A DNA stretch of 64,000 bases, taken from NCBI GenBank assembly GCA_963575745.1, contig CAUYUJ010000259.1:372001-436000 (forward strand), read 5' to 3'. How positions within the stretch are numbered: the first letter of the stretch is position 1; each line of letters opens with the position of its first letter. Shown here piece by piece: positions 55,297-64,000 of the stretch. The notes under the pieces are model-generated. The model was not told the DNA's origin. It saw only the letters and a program-made list of their open reading frames with translations, and made no database searches. Source of the stretch: Prorocentrum cordatum. Taxonomy: Eukaryota. A program made the translations under genes and the position numbers.

Positions 55297-58200
55297 CACC
55301 AAAGACATCCAAGGACATCCAAGGACTTTCGCAGCGCGCCCGCAGGCACCCCAGAGACACCGCGCAGACAATTCGCAGACATCCAAAGACACCCGAAGAC
55401 ATAGAAACACATCCCAAGACATCTGCAGACACGCAGAGACACCGAATCGCACCCAGAAGCCCTGGGAAACCTCTTGGAAACGTTTTTAGGAACTTTGGGA
55501 AACCGCTGGAAACAGTTGAACACCAGAATGAAACCTAAGAGAACCTGCATGACACCCTCAAACAAAACTGGACATCCATGCGACACATAGTTCAAAACTT
55601 TGTGAAACTGCTTGAATTCCAAAGAAATGGAACGGAAACTATGGACAACCATTGCAAACTGAAGCAGTGTTTCTCATGTAATATTTACTGCTTTGAATTT
55701 CGGTGTGATTTCAAAGGTTTTGCCATATTCCCGCTGATTGCTCAACAACTTAAATCGGTTTCAGTTGGTTTCATTGAGTTTACGTTTGGATTGCGCTGTT
55801 TCGTTTGGTTTTCGCACGGTAGCGCGGATTTTCGGCGAGATGTGGGCGAGGCGGCCGCGTGGTGAAATTTTAGTTGACTCGTTATGCGCGCCGGGCTCCC
55901 GCGCGGGCCCGCGCTGCGCCTCGGGTCTTAAACGTGTGAGGGGCGTGCACCAGTGGCGAGATGGCGGCGCGAATCATTAGCTCGGGGGAAGGAGGGGTCA
56001 TGATTTTCGGTGTGGCCTCCCTAGCCACGAAACGACGGGGGGCCCGTCACGGGGCCAGGGCACGCGCGAGGGGCGCGCCAGTGGCGGTTTGGGGCATGGT
56101 GGCTTGCCCACTGGAGCCGTAGCGCGGGGGCATGAGAGCGTTCTTGCTGGGGCCTCCGATGGTTCCCCATGGAGCCGCGAGCGCACGAGTGGTGCGCCGC
56201 AGTGGCGGGCTGGGGGCATGGGGTCTCACCGTTGGAACCTCCAATGGAGCTCCCCATGGGTGGCGTGAAACGTGTCAGGGGCGTGCGCGAATGGCGGGGG
56301 CACGATGCTGATGGCGGTGGTGATGTTCATGACGACGAGGGCATGCGGAGGGCATGCGGAGAGCAGGGGGTCAGGGAGGAATGAGGAGACACGGGGCGAT
56401 GCGTGTTCCGTACATCATAAGAGGATCGAGCGCCACTGGATGGTTGGGAACAACGCGGGCCCCCGAGTGCACGCAAACGTTTGGGAGACAGCAAGGGGCG
56501 GGTGTGCGAGTCCATTGCCATTGGCAGCGTATGGCCTGCAGGGCCTGGGGACACCTCCGAGAGGCACCCATGAGGACTCTAGCCCTGTAGCTCGCCCTCC
56601 TCCTCCATCCTCCTCCTCTTTATTCTTTCCTTCCTCATCTTAGTCAGCATCATTCTCCCTCATCCCTCATCAGCCCATCCATACTCCTTTTCCTCCTTCC
56701 CCTCCCCTCCTCTTCCCCCTCTCCACTCCCGCCTATCCGTCCTTTCCCTGTCTTTTCCCCTCCCCTCCTCTTCGAAGCGGCCCGAACCAGCAGCTGGAGC
56801 GGGAACATGGGGATGATGCCCTGGCGGTCGTCCTCCCCACAGAACCGCCAGGGCTCCCCCCCCCCAGCTGGGCAGTGCCCACCGCTCCGCCCACGCGCTT
56901 TTTCGTCCTGCCCACCGTGGGGTTGCCCACCGAGCGCCCGCCATGGGCTGCGCGGCGCGTGTGCATGGGTGGGTTTTGTCCGTGGCCCCTGTGGTGGTTC
57001 TACCCGCCACGTGGGTCGCGCCCGCCCCACTGGTGGCTGCGGCCGCCGTGCTCACCCGCTCACTTCTGGGGGTAGATCGGCACGCCCCACGCGGTCGCGC
57101 TTGTGTGGCTCGAGGCGGACGCGTGCGCCTGGGCAAACCAAAGGCGCGTTGTGGTGTGGTCTGCCCTTTTTCTGTTTTTTTTCAATTTATTCAATGTTTT
57201 TTGTTGGGGGGCCCTTTTTGTGTGGATGTTCCGTATGTGTTTCAACACACATCGCGCATCCCATGTACCACCATGTGTGGTACGACCAGCACGAAGACAA
57301 CGCAATGCTCCGCGCAACGTGAAGGCTTGCCCCGTGCATGCGGGGGGGGAGGGGGGGGGCTTGCTATTTGTGTGCGCGTTCCTCCTCTCCTTCCCTTCTT
57401 CCTCGCCCCCCCCGCCTCCGTTTCTCGCTCCTCTTTCTGTGGCTGGCCGCTCGCGAAGCCACCCGTCCAGGTTCAAGAAGGGGCAGAGATGGGTGAACCC
57501 CTTCCCGAAAAGGGAAGAACGCGGTGCCCTAGACCACCTACGCCCTAAAGAGCTTGTGGGCCGCCCTACCCCTTCCCGCGCCATCTACTCGTGATGACCA
57601 GTCGGGGGGCTCATCCACCGTTTCCTCCTTCGGAGGCCCCGGGGCCACTTGGGCCCGTCTTGGGGTGGTCTTGGGGTATCGCGAAGCATGTTGGAAACCG
57701 TATTGGGTAATATTGGGGTGTCGTGGGCCATATTGTCGTCTCCTTGGGCTGTCATCGCCGTATCAATCCCCGTGTCATTCCCCATCCGTCCTCCGCGTCC
57801 TCCGCGTCCCGCATACCCCCCCATTCAAAGTCGACGGTGGTGACGGGATCGACGATGATGGTGGTGGTGGTGCCGGCGATGAGTAAAAAATGATAGCGGT
57901 GCCGAAGGTGACGATGACACTGATGACGAAAGTGGTGATGGTGACGCTGGCGGTGATGATGGCCACGATTATGCGTGTCATGCTGATGTTAAGTTAATGA
58001 TGGATACGTCGGTGATGGTGAATATGTTGATGATGGCGGCCTTTTTTAATGATGATGGACAGGACGACACAGTTTATACTTGCGATCGGGTGGCAATCGT
58101 GATGGCCGGGCTGATGATGATGATGATGATGATGATAGTGGTGGCCAAGATTGTGGGGACGGCCATGTTGATACACATGATGATGGCGAACCTTATGTTG

Positions 58201-59079
58201 CTGATGAGTGTGGTGAGGACGAAGATGGTGGTTGCCTCATGATTTTTCGGGCGGCTGACCATGGGGATGGCCATGCAGTTGATGATGCGTGTGAATGTGA
58301 TAGTGTTCATGGCGGTGATGCGAACGATGACGATGATAGTAAATTCGACAAATACGATGCCGACGAGCCGAGAGATGCCGGCAACCATAAAGTAAACGGC
58401 GACGATCTATCATAATGTATTCGCGTGTTTTTGGAATTCGTTTGAAATCCAACCAAGTCCGCGAAATTCATGACAACTTTGTGTAATTCTATAGAATGTA
58501 CAAAACATATTTCGCAAAAATGCGGAAGGTCGTGAACGGATGGTGCGCAATGTGGAGGGCGAGGGCAGGAGGTCTTGCGGGCGGTCAGGGGCAGGGGGGA
58601 ATTCGGGCAGAATCCCCCGCGCAAGGGTTTCCAAGTTTTTTTTCGTAGGACGTCTCAACGTTTTTGGGTTTTCGCGGGAGAGACCTGGCATAACCATGCA
58701 GTAACATAAAGTTCAACAAAAAACCTAACAAGAAACCTCCCCCGCACCGCGACGCCTCCGGGACTTCCTGGGGCTTCTGGGGGGGTCCCCAGAATCCCTG
58801 GAACACTGGGATGCCCCAGGGGGCCCCAGGAGGTCCGAGGAGGCCCCAGAAGGCCCCGGGAGGTCCCAGGAGGCCCATGACGTCCCGTGCGGCCCCAGGA
58901 ACCCCCACGACGTTCCCAGAGACCCCAGAAAGTCCTATAAGAGGTCCCGGCGTCCCCAGGAGGCCCCGTGGGCAGCGCCCCTTCTCCCTCCGCCGCCCCG
59001 GGCAGGGGCCCCATCCCACTTCCTCGTCATCCTCCTGTTCCCCCTCGCCCCCCTCCCGGCGTGGAGGCCCTCCCTCGCC

Positions 59080-59910
59080 GCGCCTCGACGGCGGCGGCTG
59101 CGGCGAGGGAGGGGCCTCCACGGCGGGAGGAGGGAGCGGGGGCGGCGTCGACGGCGGCGACGACGACTGCGTGGGCGGCGGGGGCCATGTTGCCGACGGC
59201 AGCGACGACGGGCAACGGCGACGCCGACCGACGGCAGCGACGACGACGGCGACAAAGACGGCGGTGACGGGGGCGGTGGCGACGGCGCCGCTGGCAATGA
59301 CGGCGGCGACGCCCACGACAGCGACGGCTGCGTCGGCGTCGGCGGCGGCGGCGACGCCGACGACGACAGCAGCAACAACGACGCGGACGGCGAAGACGAC
59401 GACGGCGACGACGCTTGTGCGGACGACACTGGCGACAGCAACGGCGGCGGCGACGCTGGTGGGGACGGCGACCGACGGCAGCGGCGACGACGACGGTGAC
59501 GGCGACAAAGACGGCGGCGACAGCAGCGGTGGCGACGGCGCCGCCAGCAGCGGCGACGGCGACGCCGACGATAGCAAAGACGGCGTGCGTCCACGCCGAG
59601 CACGGCGGCGGCGGTAGCGCAGGCGACGGCAGCAACAATGACGCGGACGGCGAAGAAGACGGCAGCGACGGCGACGACGCTTTTGGGGGCGACACCGGCG
59701 ACAGCAACGGCGGCTGCGGCGTCGATGACGGGGACGGCGATCGACGACGGCGACGGCGACAGTGGTGGCGGCGCAGCCGACAGCGACGGCGACGACGGCG
59801 ACGCCGACGGCAACGGCGACGCCGACGGCGACGGTGACGGCGACGACGACGACCCCGACGACGGCAGCAACGTCACCGACCGCGACGACGACGTCGGCGA
59901 CGATTACGAC
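59080..59910. repeat. (GAC/GGC)n degenerate trinucleotide tract
   Basis: Direct reading. It explains the 785-aa minus-strand ORF. Confidence 0.95.
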
Positions 59911-60111
59911 GCTGGCCTCTCCCGGGGCCCAAGTTTCTTGTAGTTCTGCGCTGCTGCAGTCTCCCCAAATGATCTCCAGACGTGCACGTGAAGCTCTGGT
60001 TGTTGGCAGTTCCGTCTGGGTTGCTGTAGTTTTACTGGGCCTGGTCTGGCAGCTCTGTCTGGTCGGTCTGTCTCGCGGGGCCCGGGGCTGCAGGTCGGGT
60101 GTTACTAGAAG

Positions 60112-60324
60112 TCTGGACGCCCGAGATGGGCACTGAAAGAATGGGTGCAATGCCCAACAGCGGATCTTGTTCCTTTTGAGCAGGGCTCGCTGTCCACGCC
60201 GCCGCGGCCTGTGTCCATTCGAGACAGAGGGCCGCCTGCCCAACAGCGGCCGCCGTTGGTTTGGGACAACATTTGCTGTTGGGCATTGTACCCATTTTTT
60301 CGGTATCCATTTCGGGCGTCCAAA
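60112..60324. mobile_element. MITE-like element, family D, copy 2
   Basis: 213 bp and colinear with 876-1089. Exact 5-bp TSD AGAAG at 60107-60111 and 60325-60329. Confidence 0.85.
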
Positions 60325-60485
60325 AGAAGTGCGCCTGGCCCAAGGTGCCCCTTGCTTTTCGCTCAATTTTGGAGCCCCTGGGGCCCTCTGTGCCTCGTGG
60401 TAGGGTGCTCTGGAGGCCGCCTGGGCCACCCCGAGCATCCCGGGGGCACCTTGGGCCAGGGGCACTCCTGGCAGCATCCGAGCAG

Positions 60486-60584
60486 GGGGTGCGCCCGAGG
60501 CGGGCATCAACCCGGCCATGCTGGAGGCCATGCGCCAGCAGGCCGCGTCCGCGCCCGGCGGGCCGAGCGGCGCCGGGCTGCTAG
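60486..60584 (+). CDS. Gene 2 exon
   Basis: CAG acceptor, phase 1. Translates (G)GAPEAGINPAMLEAMRQQAASAPGGPSGAGLL(G). AG|GC donor. Confidence 0.6.
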   Translation, partial: GVRPRRASTRPCWRPCASRPRPRPAGRAAPGC

Positions 60585-60703
60585 GCGGGCCGCCCCCGCG
60601 GCCGTGCCTCGCGCCGCGCCTCGCGCCGCGCGCGGCTTGCGCGGGCCGCCGCGCGCGGCCGCTGCCGCGACGGCGACGACGACGACGACCTCGGCTCGAG
60701 GCC

Positions 60704-61136
60704 CAAGTCGGGCATGTCCCTCTCGAGGGGGAAAACATGCAAGAACGGTACTCTCTGGGCCTCCCAGATTGGGGTCCGAGTGCAGATGGGGTCCGAGGAT
60801 CGCGCCGCATCGCCGATGCATCGGCGGTGCATCGGCGGTGCATCGGCGATGCGGCTCGATGTGGGGCCCAATTTTCTCCCCGCCGACGTCGCCGATGCAC
60901 CGCTGACGTCGCCAGTGCATCGCCGATGCATCGCCGATGCACCAGCGATGCATCGCCGATGTATCGGCGATGCGGCGAGATCCTCCGGCCTGATCTACCC
61001 GGACCCCATCTAGGAGGCCTCTAAGTAAAAAGTTGTCAGAGGACGATTTGTTCGTGCTCCTTTGATTGTTGTTTAGTATACACGTGTTCGACTACCTTTT
61101 ATGTTGCCTCCTGAATCCGCCTGTTGCCCGACCTAA
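60704..61136. mobile_element. Family A element interrupted by a nested family B element (60758-61019)
   Basis: Left TIR CAAGTCGGGCATGTCCCTCT, right end AATCCGCCTG..TGCCCGACCTAA, 9-bp duplication CTCGAGGCC. The internal insert has its own TIRs GGCCTCCCAGATTGGGGTCCG / CGGACCCCATCTAGGAGGCC. Confidence 0.8.
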
Positions 61137-63699
61137 CTCGAGGCCTCCTGGATGTGGTCCGAGTGGACTTCCTAGATGGGGCACGAGGAGATGGGGTCGG
61201 GCGAAGAGAACTATGCACATGCACCGATCCTGGCAAGGCCCATCCTTGACCCAGGATCGGTGCATATGCCTTCCTGGCCAAGGTAGGAGGGCGTATGCAC
61301 CGATCCTGGGCTCAGGATGGGCCTGGCCAGAATCGGTGTATGTGCATAGTTCTTTTTCCTCTAATGGGGTCGGAGGGTCGTGCCGCATCGACGATGCGTG
61401 GCGATGCGGCTCGATGTGGAGCCCGACCTTCTCCACGCCTGCAGCGCCGATGCATCGGCGATGTCGTCGATGCATCGCCGATGGATTGGCGATGCGGTGC
61501 GATCCTCGGACCCCATCTGGTCGGACCCCATCCAAGAGGCCTTGACTGACATCCTTCGAGCATGGGCATTTGTTGCTCGGCGAAGGCCATCCAGGAGCAT
61601 CCATGTTGCGAAAATCAAGCGCGCAAGACCGAAACGCACGGGGAATGGACCTCCGAGCGATGCCGACGACGACGACGACGATGACGACGTCTCGGCCGAT
61701 GTCCGATATCGCGGCCAAGACTGTTCGGTGCGTCATGGGCACCTCAGGGGATCCCAAAGGTTCTAGCGGTTTGTGGGATTTCTTTTGGATTTCGTCAGAT
61801 TTGGTCGACGTCTGGACGAAATTTGGACGAAGTTTGGGCGAAGGGGTGAGGCAGTTGAAATCTGGACGAAGTCCGATCGACATCACGTTTATGATAAGGA
61901 CGTGGAGGGCACAGGGGCTTCCATGAAAGCTTCTCAACCTAGACCCGACCCTGAGATTCCAGACTCAATCATTGGCGAAGCGCCCTGACCCGGCTATATA
62001 GGCCTTCCAAATGATGTTCGAACAATTTATGTGGTTTTGACGAAAGGCTTTTAGAGCACATTTGTTTGAGGCAGTCTTGACTTCATCCATCATTCCTATG
62101 TTCTCAGAAAGTTGATTTTGTGATTCGGAATGTTCTGTTGGTCCAAAAGCATGTTGAGGTTCGCCTATGGACTTTGGGGCGGTGGGTCTCTGCTCATCAA
62201 ACCTCCAACATATTGAACAGACAAGGCTGGTTTTTCCGCTGTTTTTGGCGACCCAGGGCCGTCGCCGGGCCAAGGGAACGTCGAGAAACGATCCGAGACG
62301 AAAAACGGGTCCCCTGATATGGTCCAGAGCTCTGGGGACCCCGCCTTGAAAGAATCCAGACGTCGGAGGATTGGGGAGATCCAGGCGGTGCAATTTTGTT
62401 CGCCGGGTTTCGGGCCACGGCGCCATCACAGGTCCATCCGGTTCGTGAATTGCCTCGTTCCAGTCGGGTTGTCCTGCGATGTTGTTTGTTTGTGACGTCG
62501 GACTTCAGGTCCGAGATCCAGCTTAATCTGCGTCAGTCCCGCTCAGTCCGGCTTCATCCCGCTGGACCCCGCTCAATCCGGCTTAGAGACCCCCCAGCAG
62601 TTGCCTCCTGATGGGTCGGGACTTCCCAGGGTCCGCGTTGTGCAACGGTCGCGGCGGCGTCGAGGTCGGAAGGTTTACTCAGGGCCCACCCCATGGCCAC
62701 CACCGCCAGGCGTGGCTCGAAGTCACCGGGCAGCATGATCTCTGGGAGAGGTTCAGGGTTAAGGCGGGCATGTATCTCTTTGCCTAATATGTTTCAATTT
62801 TATTGTAGTACAATCCGTCTGGAAGAGGACATGCTCGACCTAAGTCGAGCTTCGAAGGTGTTCTGGCTGGGGGAGGGGCATGGGCCCCCATGAGAAGCAG
62901 GGCGGCTTCCAGAGGGCTTTGTTTGCCGTGAAGGACACGTCCGCGGAGGACTTGTGTGCACCCTTCCGCGTCGGCGTTTCCGCAGGCGTCGTCCATCCCT
63001 GGCCCATGAGCGGTGTACTGTATGTGCACAGTCCTGCAGCCCCTGCAGCCAGAAGCTCTGCTCCTGTGTAACGCGCCTCTGGAGCGTGGCCTTGCGGGGA
63101 GTTCGGGCTTGGAGGTGGCATGCGCGGGCGCGTTGTTGTCGCAGGACGGGCCCTGTTGGAAAGGGGCTGGGGCTGTCGTCTCCTCTGAGCAGCGACAGCA
63201 AGAACCCACGTGTGGACACAGTGTCGTGGGTTCGGGACACGAGGCTGGCATCGCGGACTGGGAGATCGCAGGCATGGTACGTGGCTGGGCGCCTGCATCT
63301 GTTGCTTTCTCCGGGTGGAGGAGGGGGATGGGGAGGAGGAAGGTGGTGAGGGGTTGCAGCGTGAGAGCGCCGCTGTCTTTCGGGCCAGTGCCCGTGCAGC
63401 GCAGAAGCAGAAGCAGACGCGAGGGCAGGAGGAGGAGATGGGGGAGCAAGATGGTTAGGAGCAGAAGCAGAGGAGGCGGAGGAGGAGGCGGAGGAGGAGG
63501 AGGAGGAGGAGGAGGAGTTTTCTTGCTGTCACCCCAAGGTCAAATACTGTTTGCTTGTGAGGGCGTCTTTCCTTCCCGCACTCTCTTCGAACTGCTTCGC
63601 TCCGCTTAGCCCGCCAAGGGGATCCGAGAAGGGTTTCTGGTGCTGCCTCCTTACGCAGCGGCCTTCCAGCCAGCGGCGGTCGAACGCAAATGGGATGAC

Positions 63700-64000
63700 G
63701 AGCAGCAGGAGCACACGCAGGAGCAGGAGGAGGAGGAGGAGGAGGAGGAGGAGGAGGAGGAGGAGGAGAGGGAGCAGGAGGAGCAGGAGGAGCAGCAGGA
63801 GGAGCAGGAGGAGGAGGAGGAGAAGGAGCAGCAGGAGGAGGAGGAGGAGGAGAGGGAGCAGGAGGAGCAGAAGCACACGCAGGAGCAGCAGCAGGAGGAG
63901 GAGGAGGAGGAGGAGGAGGAGAGGGAGCAGGAGGAGCAGGAGGAGCAGCAGAGCGGCGGAGGAGGAGCAGGAGCGGGAGGAGGAGCAGGAGGAGGAGCAG
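63700..64000. repeat. (GAG/CAG)n microsatellite
   Basis: Direct reading of the sequence. Confidence 0.95.

Noticed and set aside
54681..55652. Repeat proteins on both strands (MSEFR..KLRH)
   Set aside because: Open frames follow from a 42-bp palindromic unit. Conservation is at the DNA-symmetry level, not codon level.
58585..60942. 785-aa minus-strand ORF
   Set aside because: It crosses MITEs B, A and D, the antisense of a gene 2 exon and a GAC/GGC tract; stop-free only because of composition.
62880..63300. Coding-like segment with several overlapping ORFs
   Set aside because: No recognisable domain or phase-consistent splice link to gene 2.

Overview
GC-rich, repeat-saturated eukaryotic DNA. 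The architecture points to a dinoflagellate, possibly Prorocentrum-like (inference): tiny exons in multi-kb introns, mostly GC/GA 5' splice donors, and both genes on the same strand. Almost all ORFs in the track are artefacts of high GC and microsatellites. Two spliced + strand genes can be rebuilt by hand. (1) A pentatricopeptide-repeat (PPR) gene with 10 exons over ~1.1-22.8 kb that splices into 8 contiguous 35-36 aa repeats; its ends are not resolved. (2) A Pro/Gly-rich gene starting MDMFPPFGG at 34333, with exons near 38.9, 50.2 and 60.5 kb, probably continuing past the window. The introns are mosaics of nested MITE-like families (TIRs plus 5-11 bp target duplications), satellites and simple repeats. 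The most notable intronic cargo is: a ~6 kb intronless, 5'-truncated, frameshifted element at 40.5-46.5 kb encoding an Upf1/DNA2-type SF1 helicase C-terminal domain, a duplicated CxxC..CxxC module and three copies of a W..(D/E/S)P..L..FL helical motif; a decayed pogo/Tigger-like DDE transposase fragment at 35.05-35.25 kb; a near-perfect 152-bp tandem array at 51.0-51.85 kb fused to a ~900-bp GA tract; and a ~19-unit array of 42-bp hairpin palindromes with a 3-unit higher-order period at 54.5-55.3 kb. No rRNA, tRNA or true CRISPR array was recognised. All family assignments come from motif reading by eye; no database searches were run.
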